Source: Balanoglossus misakiensis
Taxonomy: Eukaryota; Animalia; Hemichordata
Assembly: GCA_040954595.2 (NCBI GenBank)
Contig: CM082580.2
Span: 7,356,390 to 7,420,389, forward strand
Length of the DNA: 64,000 nt
Direction: 5' to 3'
Each line of letters begins with the position of its first letter. Position 1 is the stretch's first letter. A model generated the notes under the pieces. It saw only the letters and a list, made by a program, of their open reading frames with translations, did not search any database and had not been told where the DNA came from. Below, one piece after another: positions 1 through 15,200 of this stretch. The position numbers were made by a program, and so were the translations under genes.

Positions 1-262
1 TGCTCTAAGACAGCCTTAGACTGTTTGATGCTATTTTGGATCACTTCTATTTTACGTGACAAATTCTGCTTTACTCAACAGGGGTGCGGGACAAATCCAG
101 TGGTCGAGGAGACACTTTTATTGGCCCAGTGGATCTAGTCTAATGTACCAGTGTACTCAGACAACAACGTGAACGCTGGACAACCAGAGTAGGTTAAGGG
201 ACCACTGGTTTTATGCCTTGAGTGATCCTGAGAACTACAAGTTGAAAGATGGGACAAATTTC

Positions 263-402
263 AGCACAGAGACTAAAATTTGGCCAAAAAATTAGGGTCG
301 GTCAGAAAAAAACATATTTTTCTGGACGAATTCTCAACTGATCATGGTTGCAGGCTCTTTAAGCACAGAGACTATAATTTGGCCCTAAAAATTACGGTCA
401 GT
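263..402. repeat. Imperfect ~40-bp direct repeat
   Basis: AGCACAGAGACTA(A/T)AATTTGGCC...AAAATTA...GGTC at about 263-304 and 362-402. Confidence 0.55.
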
Positions 403-3400
403 CATATATTTTTTTGAAAATTTGGGTAGGACCACACAAATAAAACAAAATCCAACACAAAAAATAAGAATACAAACAAGCAACTTCTGAGACCTTGACC
501 TACAAAGCTTTAATGTGACAGTAGCAATTATGATGAGTTTAGTATTCCTAGTTATAATGTCATCAGTAAATGCCAAAGAACGATGATTTACTGACATATT
601 GAGAACTGTACCACTGGGAAAACTTGCATTGCTTAATTGCCACAAGTGTTCATTGTGGGAATGACAGGTTCTTCATACTGCATTCTATGACTCAGTGTGA
701 ATTGCCGAGGGCACAGACGTCTTGGCACTGGCAAATGTAATCAGAATTTTCAGATTCCAAAGACTTGAAGGGGTGCACAGGTCTCGCCCGAACACGGAGC
801 AGGGTTGCATTACAGTTGGCCACCGTGTTACACATAAATATTAAAGTGGGGTTTTCTGATGTGCATTTGTGTGATTGGACAGTGGCTAGTAGTAGTAGCT
901 ATGGGGTACTGAGACTTTATACAGGGTTGTGTTCACATGATTTGAGATTTGAGAGGGGCAGTACCCATGTGACACCGACGGTGATATGGTGGGGGGAGTG
1001 TAAGTCATGGTTGTGGCATCAAGCTGTTTGCAATATGGTGAAGGGCCTGCGATGGAGATCATGCAATGCATGTACCGTACATGTAGGCATGAGGCTCAGG
1101 GATTGTCCATTTATGCAAAGGGGAGTGTTGCTGGTGACATTATTACGAATAGTACACAGCACACCTGCTCAGAGCTGAGAGGTACAGCCATGAAAGTTAC
1201 ATGTACCTGTAATACGAGTGAACACTGTGACATACAGCCTGGGATCTAAACAGGAAAAGGACCTTCATCAAATACTGGTCAATTTGTTCCGAACAAGTGG
1301 TATACACGGTACACAGAATACTGACAAAAATACTGTAAAATGCATACAGTTAATGTTCCGTGTGAAACAAGACAAATATTTTTGTAGTATATGAAAGTGC
1401 AAAGATGACAAACAAATCTATTGAAACAAATTATTATTTCTTTACTGAAAAGGGGGGAAATATATATGCAATCGTTACACCATTTTCTATATTAATAAAA
1501 CTCAACAAAGCTCTTGGTTGAATACTTTTAGAGGAGAGTTTTTTTGGTTGCAAGCTTGATACAATTTTAAGTGCCATTAGTAAAGCAACTATATTGGTAT
1601 AATATGAGTAAAAAACGGCATTTATGTGTACCAACGATTTATGCCGAGTACATCAAGCGACGGGTTTCCAGTGAAACAGGAAAATGAAGCCTACTACAGG
1701 TGCACTGGAGAGTAATGTTTTTGAAATCACACCAAACCTGACAGATGAGAACTTGTCAGGAAGTATTTGCATTAAAATACTTAACCCATGACTTGCCTGT
1801 CAAGAGTCATTTCATATTTCCACATCACACAATATACACTTAGTTCCTGTTCGTTTGATACTTTTGCGACGTCAGTTTATTTTCTACTTTTACTGGTAAT
1901 AAAGGATTCGCAACATTGCTCAAAATATACTATATTGTAAATTTTTTAAAAATTTAATGTTTTCATGTTGGATTGGACGGCAGTATTAAGTTGTGAATAG
2001 TCAACTGACAAGTCCTGACAATCATTAGCAGTCAAGACTATTTCCTGAGCTATCACAATTGTACAATGCAGGAATATTTTACTGCACAATCAAAGCATTT
2101 GTGATAACTATCACATTATTCAGAGTATGGCCAGGGCGACCACTAAAATTTGCTGAAATATCGACATTATTTTTTTAATGGGCCCGCTATCTGTTACAGC
2201 TGGATATTATAGGGGTCTATAAAAACCATGGCATGCAACGGTGCACCTCCCATGGTGCAATAGGAAACTTTCATAGCTCTCTAATTGTCATTTCACTGCA
2301 CTGAGGCCGGTCACCATGGAAACACTTTGCATGCAGCATCTTTCCCAGAGGTCTGGATGGTCTGCATGCTGGTGTTTGGGCTGTTGCCATGGAAATCAGC
2401 ACAGGCAAATCTGACCAATTTAATATATACCGTACATGTACTGGGTGAAGTGGACTAGAGGGACTAAGCAAGGACATATTTCCTGTCTACAAAGTATAAA
2501 GTTTAGAATGTAACACCCGTTTAGTCCAGAACAAATTTAAAAGTATCATAATTATCAGGAATCTCGCTACATATAAAGATGACTGCTGTCTGAAACCATT
2601 CTTTTCGGAGCGCTTTAAAAGTGAGTTTCACGCAATTTAATTCCAGCTCGCTGTTTCCCTCTTTCTCCTAAAATTTGAAAATATCATTGAAACTTTAATT
2701 GCCCTGCGGAGGAAATCTGTGTCAAAAATACAATAAAAGATAATAGCTTCCATCAAGTTACGCGCACATACAGTGGCGAAAAGTCATGAACGTCCAAATT
2801 CTCCTGCAGGCTGAATACCTATTCATGTCAGGAAAATAATATTGTAAATCATCTGTCACACAGAAAACACATTTTCAAGACTAATTATCAGAGGTTTTCT
2901 GCAGAAAGGCCCATTTGCCGCTGTCAAATTCCCCCAAAACATCATTACATTACTCGAAAAGCTATAAATGCCCCCCTTTTTATAGTATTTATAGCTCTGC
3001 GGTAATCTGATGCTGATATTGAATTCATCACTAATGTTGCACAGTGGCTGTGAGGGACTGCCTTATTCCATCTGAACTGAGAGAGTGCTTTAGCCTATAT
3101 GCAAACAAGCCAATATATATCCCTCTGTCAGGAAATTTTCAAAAGTCACCCACAGGTTGAACACCGGGTGCAAACATGCGAATTCTCCACCAAGTCCCGC
3201 CCTGCCGTCAATTTAGCAGCAGCGTATCATAATGCTGCCATGATTCATACAGGGCTTATCAGGAACCTGTCGAGATCTGATAATATATTGATTTATCCAT
3301 CGTATCAATAGGTCTTACTCAGAAGCTTTCAGCACCTGTGTTCCATCTTGCTCAAGATTTCCTGGTCTTTGAGTCCGTGTGAGAAATCTTAGAAATTGCT

Positions 3401-5431
3401 TTGAGCTTTCACTCTTTAGCCCTACACCATATTTACAAGGAAAATTTTCTCTGGAACTAAGAGTATTACATATCTTCATTGTTTCCTCTTAAGAGCTCAG
3501 ACTATCTCTTTTTCAATTCAATAAATTATCATCAAAGAATAATCTGTTATATAAAACAGAATACAGCCTTTGGAAGAAGTTTCTAAAATAAGTTGTCATT
3601 ATCCCATTGAATGCAAACCTAGTGGGATGTTCATGATCACGACACAGTTGTTGAGATATCTAATCTTCACACTCTGCCCGGAGCTTTGTCAGCTACTTGT
3701 AAACATCCCACACCTATTTTTCTGAGAAAGGCATTATGTGGCTTGTTTGATCAGTACCTGTTGTGTAATCATTCATTTGAAACCTTCTGACTTTATCTCC
3801 CCATGGGTAAAGATCTTACTAAAGACTTAACACCTGCACCAATCTAAAGCAGTTTCTTCTTAATACTAGTAATCATCAATTTGACAACTGCAAATCAATC
3901 ACGTTAATTTTTCTCACAGCTTTTTATATTAGCGGCCGGGTTGCTATGGCAATATCTCATCGACTCTGTTACCATGCCGATGAATCAAACAGGGAAAATA
4001 GTATTGCGAAAAACACGTCTCCTGCGATTCGACTTCTGCAAAGCACATTCACTTCAGTTTCATGAGATCGTCCTTTTATAAAAAATGTGCACAAAAGCTA
4101 ATTAACGATTTAGAGATACAGCATACAACTACAAGAGTATTTCTCAGAAGCATAATTCAAATCGTCTGCATCGATCCCACAGATAAGTTAGTCAAACAAC
4201 TTGTTATTGGAATCTAAGTGTACCATATGCGCCACGCTCATATGATTTTTCATTCAATAAACAACTACTGTACGCAATTCACAAACAACTATGCAAAAGT
4301 TTACACCGAAAACGCAATCGCTTTCCACCTGACAACGTCTAAACCAGAACAGAAGCATGTACCATCTTAATTCATCCGTGCCATCTAATACAATGAATAA
4401 TTCAATGTAAGTAGTACAAGCATGACCCGAAGAAAAAAAATACATGAAGTATAGTTTGTCAAGCATTGCAGTCTGTTCCTCTGTTCAATCAATTACTATA
4501 ATTTCACCTACATTTTACAATTCGCCCATAATTTCCTTGATTTTCCTTTTGTTCTTCTCCGCCCAATCTTTAATTTGATTGATGACTCGTTGGACACGAT
4601 GAAATTTAGAGTATACAAGCTAACGAGATAAATGCTCATAATGACCTGTCTCCCAGAGAGAGAGAGAGAGGCATAATGGTTCCTCAGATAACTGTCAATC
4701 TGGAATGTAGATCACATATACGTGCACTAGCTACTTATACTAGCATGGGTTTGGAGAATGGGCCTGGTTGGTACAATTTGCTCATTGCGACTTACACTTC
4801 ATACCTGCCATCACATTACGATCTTTTCATGGTATTCAGTACCTCTGGTTGTTTAGAACGTACTGTACATTGGTACCACTGGAAAGTTACTATAGGTACC
4901 GGTATGTGAGATGAATTTTGATACCGTTTGATACAGATTGATCAATCACTAATAAAGTTACATTGCAAAGTACTTCAGCTGCCATCCCAAGGGTAAATTC
5001 TCACAGTATGAGTCCCTAAATATGAACCCACCCTTTGTGTACCTTGATTGGAAAAAATGCACATTACCCCGTCAGTCAGAACACACTCCCTTAACCTGAT
5101 CTACTTCTTTTTTTCCTAGAAATTTTCTGCTCATCACCAGAATCTCTCATCACGACCAAGTCATAATGTGCTGTAAGATTCTCCTCAGGGGAGCCCTTGC
5201 CTGCACTACACACACATAGCGATGATAGCCACCAGCCAGCAAAATTGGATAAGTCTGGGATTGAACAGTTCTAGTAAATGGCATCATCCTTATCTCGCTT
5301 GTCACTGTCGCAGAAAGGAGCTTGTAAAGATTTTCCCCCTGAGTACCCTAATTAAACCAGCACTCCAAATACTGGTGACAGATCCTTAAAGAATCTTGGA
5401 CAGACTTCTTCGCTTCATATAAAAAACATCT

Positions 5432-5700
5432 TGTTATTTCTAGTTTAGAAATGATTGACATCACATGCTTAAAAAGCAGTTCTAGGTATTTTATAGTTGA
5501 CAATTATAGAAACCAATCCTTGGGAAAACTGGTAGGTATTTCTAGTAATAAAACGACAGACACTATCATTTTCAAAAGCTTACAGGTATTTCTAGCTTAG
5601 ATGTCATCATCAGATTAAACTTGAAATACTCCTGGTATTTCTGACTCGAAAGCACTCAATCTGAAATACCTAACAACATGTAGGTATTTCAACCGAGAAA
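5432..5700. repeat. Diverged ~50-bp-period minisatellite with core (A)GGTATTTC(TAG)
   Basis: The core TATTT recurs at about 5435, 5487, 5537, 5587, 5636 and 5685 (spacing 49-52 bp), with diverged sequence between cores. Confidence 0.55.
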
Positions 5701-8626
5701 AACCATATAGACACTGATAGGTGGATGACTCATGTTGCTTTCAAAGCCTGGCTTCTCATCTTCAAGGACATACGGTCTCAGAAATGTTACCGATGATGGA
5801 CTGATAATTTGTTGATATTTAAATATCAGAGGCACATAGTTGACATACAGTAATCACACAGAAGAGGATAGAGAAGAATCTACTATGTACTGTAGATATA
5901 TTATCATGAAAGACACACTTTTTATATCATATTAAATCCAAGATTACATGTATGCTGTATTCATAACTATCTTACATATTATAATAAAGTAGCGATGAAG
6001 GTCTATCATAATGTACCGTAATAGAGGTAATTTTGATGTTCCGACTGAATGAAATAAGCTAAGCACACATAAATAATCTTTTCATTCTATTTCTCTCCAA
6101 TCAGACATGTTGCTATGGAAGCCTCACAATGCATGATTAATGTGACCCCATCTTTAATTTGATATTGCTGATTGAGATCCGCCTTATCTTTGAAGGTTAT
6201 AAATCAAGATTCTTATACCCAGTGGGCAGGGAGGCATGTTTCTCAAAATATGTTTACTCCTTATCAATCAGCATCTTCAGTACATGACACAAAGTTACAT
6301 CAAATTTTAATTAAGTTGAGCAGTTTTGCTCATCAAAATGCAATATCACGAATAGGTCAGAAGAAAATAACACAAATTAATCTTGTATGTGACATGCCTA
6401 CTAAACCTCTACTTTAAGGTACATCTACAGCAGTGTTAGCATATATTTGACCAAACATCCCTGCTGTTTGAAGCTTCTATCTTGCAGCTAGTAACTATCT
6501 CTAACAATAATTCTTCATATTTTCAAGAGCCAATCATTATGCTTGCCCATGGATGCAAATAATTCATTGCTATGCAATCAGATAGGCAAATGACTAATTT
6601 ATTCCAAAAATACCCCTTCGTAAAAAAAAATTCACAGAAAAGGCAAAAAAGGTTAAAAAATGTGTTAAAACTACACACAGAACACTTAAGGTTTGGGATT
6701 TCCCTGAATGTCAATGGACTTCAGCTGTCAAAGGTTAATCGCCTAATTAAGATTTCCCATAGCCTCAGAGAGCATCAGTTAAAGCAGTCGTTTAAAAAGC
6801 GATCTGCCTGGCCATTATCACTGGAAAACAAAATTAAAGAGCGGCTGTCGTGAATCTTAAATCAATGGGCCATAAGTTTGCACCTGCCAGTTTTACAGTC
6901 TAGAATCCAGCCGGTGTTCCCAAGTTCTGCAAACCACATGTGCAATACGCAGACCTGAAATCACTCACAAGATTCCAGACTAGCCATTTTATTTCTACAA
7001 GAAACTGTGACCATAAAGACTTTTTCCAGAAAAGCAGACTTTTTTGACATCTTAATCTGTTTACATTAATCTCAGCTAGTTGACATGACATTTCTTTCAA
7101 AAATTTATACCGCATGCTATTTCAAATGACAAATTAAAACTTCCCAACTTTGACCCTGTCATCGTTTGATCAGGAGTGGGACTATAATTAGTCATGATGG
7201 TTGCTACAAGTATATTGGCTTGGACTAAACCATGGTGGTGAATGGGTTAAAACAAAAAAGTTATATCATCACAAGAATACTGATCTTTTTCCTTAGTAGC
7301 AGAACCAAAATTGACATTGCACAGTGTATGTGTTCCCATGTAGTCATGAGTTAAAAGGCCAAATAAAACATTTAGTGCTAAGTCAGCAAGTTTAGTAGAG
7401 GAAACCCTTGGTAGTAAAGATTGAAAATCCAAGGTAATATAGATTGATTGCTGGAAATCCAACTGCCATGAGATTTGAATTCAGAACTTAAACTATCCTA
7501 AAACCAAAGTTAGAGATAAACCCATGAAAACTTTATAAGAATTGCACAAGCTCAAGGTAGTAAAAACAGAAATATGTTCAATGCAAAGTAATCACTGAGC
7601 CTTACAATAAAAATATCAGAATTGGTAGAGCCAATGGGTACAGGAAAATAAAACAGATTTCACGTGACTCGGAGGATAATCTGCTAATATTAATTCTCGT
7701 CACAATTAAGTCTATTCAACCAAAAGTGTACAGTGTGAAACGCTTTGAAGATGTTCGTGTAAAGATCAACAGAGCTGCAAGCAAGGTTTGTACAAGGAAT
7801 GCCGTTATGTGACTCGGATAATTGAAAGAGCTGGTCTTCTTTATTAGCCTTTACATGTAACACATGTCTGTGTCTTCTGTCGATGGACAACAGCTGTTTG
7901 ATGAAAATGAAAAAAAAAAAGGACAATTGCTTTTGATTAATTTTTACTGAATAACCCCCATTATTAAGCCTCTTCAATGCACTCTTTTTAAACCGGAAAC
8001 ATTCAAATGAGGATCTGATAAATGGTGAGAGATATAACAGAATGCATAGAAATTCTCTTTTTATACAGTTTATAATATTTCAAAGAATTTTATTCAGCTC
8101 TTGCCTTCTTGCATCAACAGGGGAAAAATTCGGATTGGTCAGTCATAGAGAAACTGATTCATAAACAAAAGTCCAGAATAAACAATGAGTGCAGTTGCAA
8201 CAACCACATTCTTCCCTATACCTGGCCATGTCACCTGTACTTTTTAGGTTCGGAAGCATCAGTCCTGTATATTGAACTATTTAGTAATATCCGTTATTCA
8301 CTGAAGCTGTGCTTTTCAATTTGACTGTTTCCTATTGAGTGATGTACACATGCTCGTGTGGAGCAGGGGGGCCTACTCTTTCTATCAAAGCAGTTTCTTA
8401 TGCAACTCCTTATGGCATGATGAAATGCCAAGATTTCAGCTTATCAGTAAATCATCCCATATTACATGTATGGTATTGTTGAAAACTAAAAGCAGAGTGC
8501 CTGCAAATGGACACTATCATAGTATCATCATTCCAGGAGAAAATAATAAAATATTGATAGCCATTTAGTGTAGGCAATATACCGGTAATAGACCGTGAAA
8601 AAAAATTTATGTTAATATTTCATTAA

Positions 8627-9245
8627 AGGGGAAATCCGGTGTAGCTGATTTCTACATAATTTGGTAGCTTTGATGTCTCTCTTTCAGAAAAAAACATATT
8701 CGCCATGTATAGGTCGCGCGATTTTTTACAAAATCTAGGGAAAGTTGGCAGAATTTCCAATATGGCGTTTACTGTAATTTGAATCATGGGAAAAAAAGCG
8801 CCAGGACCAACTTCCGCCCACCTTGGTGTGGGTGATACCATTTTCCGATTGGTGTCACTGTGTCACAAGCTAAGCGTATTTCCATATTTTTCATGGGTTA
8901 TAGCTCATGAAAACTGTCAATAGATGACAAATTTTCGACTTTGCTGATGATTGTTTATCAACTGATGCAAAGAACAAACAATAGCTATGAAAATACGCCT
9001 AGTCTGTCGCCCAGTGACACCAATCGGAGAATGGTATCACCCACACCATGGTGGGCGGAAGTTGCTCCTGGCGCTTTTTTTCCCATGATTCAAATTACAG
9101 TAAACGCCATATTGGAAATTCTGCCAACTTTCCCTAGATTTTGTAAAAAATCGCGCGACCTATACATGGCGAATATGTTTTTTTCTGAAAGAGAGACATC
9201 AAAGCTACCAAATTATGTAGAAATCAGCTACAGCGGATTTCCCCT
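8627..9245. mobile_element. Non-autonomous foldback DNA transposon (MITE), Kolobok-like
   Basis: Near-perfect inverted arms of ~250 bp (about 8627-8881 and 8991-9245). Termini are AGGGGAAATCCG...CGGATTTCCCCT, flanked by TTAA on both sides (8623-8626, 9246-9249). A TTAA TSD with purine-starting termini is typical of Kolobok rather than piggyBac (CCC ends). This element explains the mirror ORFs 8623-8841(-) and 8941-9249(+). Confidence 0.85.
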
Positions 9246-12200
9246 TTAAAGACTAATCAACTAGCATTTTATTGTCAATTATGGCAATTAAAAGTCGTAT
9301 TTTCAGAAGTTAGTATTCGGAAGTGCACATTAAAATGCTACTAACAATGCCTGTTCAATGATAGATAGATAATAGCAATTAGCCAATAACCCTATAGCCA
9401 CAGTTGGTCACCATACAATCTGCACCATGGAGAATTCACCTATCAGCTCATGCCACACACTGAAACAACATATAATATGAACAGCTGCCTGTGATGGGAT
9501 TTACTGCTCAAACAAACGCAGATATAACACACAAAATAACTTTAATGATTTTGGGGGTAAAAATAAACTCGTCCATAGAGTAAAATCTATAGATACACGT
9601 TCTGTTCATCCCTAGAGTCAACAGCAATTTCGATATTACAAACCAAGGTTCTAATAAAACATTTTCCTTTCCAACCAAGCCTAATAATCAATATCAAATT
9701 GAAAGACATAATAACTATCTTCACTGCACGCCAATTAACAGAACAGCAAACCAAACAAGTATCATCAACCAGCTCCTGACAAATGCTTTCGATGTGATCA
9801 ATAATTAAAGGTAGGTTGATTTTACAACTAGATTCATTTTTATTCAAAATATTATTTCTCAACGCAACAAAATAAGTACCAGCAACTGGATTAAGCTTTT
9901 AATCACTTAATCAGAATTACAGTATGATATTTGTTTCAGAAACAAAACAGCAATATACATCGCCTTTCTGACTGCAGCTTTTCAATTGCGTCCATTGAAC
10001 CGAGAATTGGACTACATGTACTTTCTTCAAATTGTGCTTGCAAAGAAACGATCTGATATTGTTGCATATATATCAATGTCATTGGCAGCTGGAATAATTA
10101 TAAGTAAATAATGAAAACGACTCGTCAATAAATCAATGTTAACGTCTACATCGTATTTAATGATTTAAAAATACCACATATTGCCAGACACTTCACTCCC
10201 ATAAAAAAAAATTTCCATCACAGGAATCAACCATAATTATACACAGGAGAACAAATATGGTACACCTCTTGACATAAATGGTCTCAGAAAAGTTTCAATG
10301 ATGAGTAGCTGTAACATTTTGATGATTAATTGACTGTTTTGGTCTCTGCTACTACTAACCGTACATGTACATATGCAGTTTCTTGTCCTACTTTTATACT
10401 TAAACTACCAGTATATGTTTGAATACCAAGTATTCAGCCTGGTGTGTAAACAGAGGATGGCTCAAGTGGAGCATGATCAGCTTATTCATTTCGAACGTAT
10501 GAGAAATACTGACAATTACATGCTTGGCTTCTTTTATATTTGTTGTATTATATGATTTTTATATACATGTAAGTACCAAAGCAGCTTTATATGTAGCAAC
10601 TTGAAGATATCCAGGACTACACATTCATATATCTTTTAAGACTGAATAGCACAATGTAATGAATACCACTTAATTACCTTTAAGGATGAAAGACCCACAT
10701 CCACCAAGTGTCCCACGGTTTCACTTCCATATAATGGGTGAGATAAAATTTTATGGCACAATTATGAGATTCATTGGCCTCATCTCAAATAGGACATTTG
10801 CCCCCAAACCACAAGCAAAGTCTTTCTCAGTGACCCACTTTGTCAATTACTTAACTACGGGACCACCTTATACCAACAAAGTGACTGATATGTTTTATGT
10901 ACCTTGAAATGTATGTTAACGAGGACATGTTCTGCTACATGTGTTTTCACAATCGATACACATAATCCTGTTTGTTCATACCAATCGACTTTATGGTAGA
11001 GATTTAAAATGATTTCAGAAAGGACTGTTTTTGTAAGTGCTAAGTAGAGGTTGACAAGATTTTTTAAGTCAGTTTAAAATACTCACTCAGTGCATTTAGG
11101 ACCTGTGGCAGACTAGTTTGGTCCCCCTTAAAATTTCAGTCCGCCTAAAATTGTGGATACAATCCCTGGAAGGAAACAAAACTGAACTCAAATAATAAGA
11201 ACAAGTTCACGCCAACCTTGTAATATACCTTTCACAATGTCATGACTCAGTGAAGAGTGGGTGTGTTGAAAACTAACAGGACGTGATTTATGAGTGCCCT
11301 GGGACAAACCTGTCGCAGGAACCTGTTTTAATAATTCATAAGTCTTTTGATCAGGAAATACAATCAGAATGTCAAAGGTTGGTGCTGAAATGTATCCTGT
11401 CAATATTAAAATATTTGAAGAGCGATCTCATTTTTTATTGGGTTTCACTTTCTCTTTTTAACTCCTGCCAGCCCTAAACTTCCCTTTGATTGTATTCCTG
11501 CCTTTGTTGTGTAATATTTTAAGATCTTACTTCAGTGAGCTGGATTTTGTTTCCCGCTAGTATTCAGCGCTCTAGTATTTTGATGTTTGACTGGGGCCTA
11601 GCCAGTTTCATATTTTCACTGAGTTCATGCGTCTTTGATACATGTACGATATGACATTGGCATGAGATGATATCCACCATCCCTCATTTACTGAATTGCC
11701 GACAAGATAATCCGTCCATCACCGGCGGATTATTAAAGGCAGCTTTAGAGAGCTAATCGGTTAATCTCTCCGGCTCATGAATGAACTCGCGCCGTCATGT
11801 ATCAAATGAGTCTATCCGGTCGGGCCTAAACAGGATCTCCGTCCACCCATCCCTCCCCTTTATCCCATTTGTGGCATTTCCCCCTATTCATCCAGTCATT
11901 CAACCAGTCCAATAAAGACACCCAATTAGGCGAGCAAAATGAAGAGGTTCTGCAGTGTGACATCCATCTGCCAGTTAATCAATCTAATCTCATTGTAACA
12001 TTTAAGCCTGTGCGATACCTGCAGGTGTACATGTATGTACACAATTTCTCGCCAGTGTTATCTCTCCCACACACATTGCCTGCTTACAATTTTTTTTACA
12101 AGTAGAGCAAGCTGACATTAAACCGCAAAACATGGCTTTCAATTTAAACACTCGACCCCAGTCACACCTCTGTATTTACCACAGTAAAATTTATTGAATA

Positions 12201-15200
12201 AAATTCAAAGGGACTGAGAGAACAGTGTTTAGTGGAGAACCCCTTGTAACAAGAATGGGAAAAGGAGTTCGGTATAGACAGGATTCTGGATTAGACAGGG
12301 TTCTGTTTAATACTAATAATAGGCAGGTTACAATGTACTACTACTAGCAAAGTCGGTTATATTTGCAAAGCGTCATATTGACAGACATGATTGATATAAA
12401 ATAACAACAGCAGCAAGTTGTAACCCTTCCATTTTGTGATCTAGATTACGACATGCAACAATGCATTACTGAATGAGGACATGCTATCATCGTAATAACC
12501 CCATGGGACTACCAATGTATCCATAAACCTATCAATCCATCTACATGTATCCATCTACTCAGACCGAAATACTCGCTCTCTTATCAATATTCACTTTTGA
12601 ACAAAAAGTATTAGCTGTTTGTTTACTGACAGAAATCTCAAACTGATGAACAACATATTTTATTCATTTTTAGATGATAGAAAAGTATTATCAATTATTA
12701 TTAATTATTAAAATTATTATAATTAAAATTATTATAATTATATATTTTAATAGCAAAGTGCTGAACTATACTTCTGAATTCTGGGTAGATTTCCCTCATT
12801 ATTGTTTTTTCCTTTTTAAATACTAATTTAACGTTCTGACTTGTAATCTTTCTGCCACCATGTAACAACTTTGATCGAGTCGGTGTCCATGTTTACACCC
12901 CAGGTATCCAAATTTAATCCACGGAACCATCACTGATGCCAAGGTCATCCAAGATGTCCGATCAAGTATCAGAGTGAAGTCAGCAACTGGGAAGATGACA
13001 AATCTCGTCACATTTCGCTGCCATGACAACCTGGTAGCCTTGGCGACCTCAACCCCTCCCGTTGGGTTTAGACGCCATTAACTTGACTAATACACAGGTG
13101 GCCAACTTTGACGCTCAGCACCTTTTGTTCCTCCCTGTGAGCCCACAGCTTTAAACTTGTCAGTCAAAATGTCCCTATTTCTATTTTCTCTCCCAACTTT
13201 TTTAAAGTTAACGTGTGATTTGGTTCAAGTTGACACAAAATTCACTCTGTTTTCACCTACTTTATTAATTGATAGATTTGTTCTAAATAAACTAACCACA
13301 AAAGTCACTGTCACGACACGTACCACATCTTTGTATTACAAAATCTATATTGTCTATCCCCAGAGAGCTTTGCTCTGTTGGCCCGTTTTTTTTTATAACT
13401 AAAGATAGTAACTTGTCCCTTTGCACTTCCGAGGTTGTAAAAAATATACACACAAAAATAATTGACCTTAAATTTCCTGCAGTTTTGCACTAAAAGTGTG
13501 CTTATGCTTTGTGAAGCATGTTATTTGGTATCTGTCGGATGACTGTATTATAAATGCTGAGTGCCATGTGGCTCTTAAAGTGGACCTTCAGATGCATAGA
13601 GAAATATCACGCGGACATTGACAGTGACGAGGAAAACGTGACTGATATAATCCATACGATTTCAAATGACTGCAGCGATCCTCTGAGGTCATGCCATTCA
13701 CCTATCTATGTTTAAAGATTGTTTTTAGTTGAACTTTACTCAAAAAAGACATTTTTTACCCTTAATTTTCCATGGCTGTTTTTTAAGACATGCTAGTAGT
13801 GCTCTTTCATTTTGGAAGGTTGTTCATCCTGTCAACCTTTTTCAAAAACTTTGTCTACGTTTGTGGAAACTTGTTATGGTTAGGGCGTGCACTCTGTCTC
13901 CTACTTTTGAAGAGGGAAATTACATTTTGCTACAAAAAGTTCACGAGATGATCCCTACAAATTGAAAACTGTGAGTTATTGCTCCAGAGCATCTCAGTGA
14001 TTCTGTTTTTAATATTTTTCATACACAGAGAGCTCATTCTAATCTGTCCGTTCGGTGGAAGTGGCATCGCAAGTCGCTGTAAAATGATTGATGACGACAC
14101 CAAAATGGAAATCAATGTTCGACACGTAAAAGAGTGAGCCTACCCTGCCCCACATTAGACCCCAACCTTATATCATGTACCGGTATATTTCTATGATGTC
14201 TTAAAACAAAAATACCCCATAAGATTACTTGGGAATGTAATCCTATAAAATAGCAGGTACAGTATTGCATGAATGCATGAATGCATGTTGATGTTATCTG
14301 CTCAAGGGCAGAAAATCTATTGATACAGTAACCAGATAATATTAGAGTAATCTTTTCATTAGAAATACAAATTGATAACAGTATTGCTTCACAGCAGGAT
14401 CCAGTGTCCTGATGATAACTTGAGACGTTCTTTTCATGTGCATTTCAGACTCAAGAAAATGCAGATTTGATAAACTTTACCAGTAAAACATTACGCTCAT
14501 TTTGCCATGGTGGCCTTCATTAGACATTTCTTTTTAAAGTCATTTTTAAACATCTTTCAGCATACTATTTGTACAAAAGAACACCATTAATGTGTACGTT
14601 GCCAAATAAAATAAAAATTAAATAAGGACATAACACTGTAGGTAATACCGCTCTATAATTTTATGACGTTCTGGTTTTGGTACGTGCGACCTGACCTCTT
14701 TACAATTACAGAAATAAACATGCCAATCTGGATGTCTTAAGACTTAAAGGCCACAGCATTCAACACAACAATGAAATAGTTGTGTCACTGCTACCATTGT
14801 CATGGTACAGGCTCCATGGTATTTGTTTATTTTGGGGACACAAAGAGACAACAGGCCATTTAGCGGTTCATTCAAGGAGGATGAGAATACTTTGTATTGT
14901 TGGTGGCTACTCATGCAGAACTTGAACTATTCTGATCTTCTAGGTGGAGTTATGTCTGGTAGCTTTAGCCGGCACAGAATGCTATCCCGGCAACATTAGT
15001 TGCAGAACTGATGAAATTCTAACCAGCTGCTGCCCAGGGTGTTCAAACTTTAAACCGTCCACATGACCTTCAACTCAAATGACTTCTTGAGATAAAATAC
15101 AGAGAGATAACAATTTCAACTTTAGAAGCAGCAGAAGACCACATGTAGCTCTCTTGTGCCAATAGGCTGAACTTCAATGACAGTTTGAGAGACTTGGATC

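Noticed and set aside
765-1249. Overlapping 137-aa and 80-aa plus-strand ORFs
   Set aside because: No recognisable domain or coherent splice structure; likely chance ORFs in intronic DNA.
5432-5700. CRISPR-like repeat-spacer appearance
   Set aside because: The cores are only ~8-11 bp and degenerate, there are no cas genes, and the context is a eukaryotic intron; treated as a decayed minisatellite.
8623-9249. Two near-identical ORFs on opposite strands (MVSPTP...SYxGFPL)
   Set aside because: They are mirror images produced by the inverted arms of the MITE, not genes.
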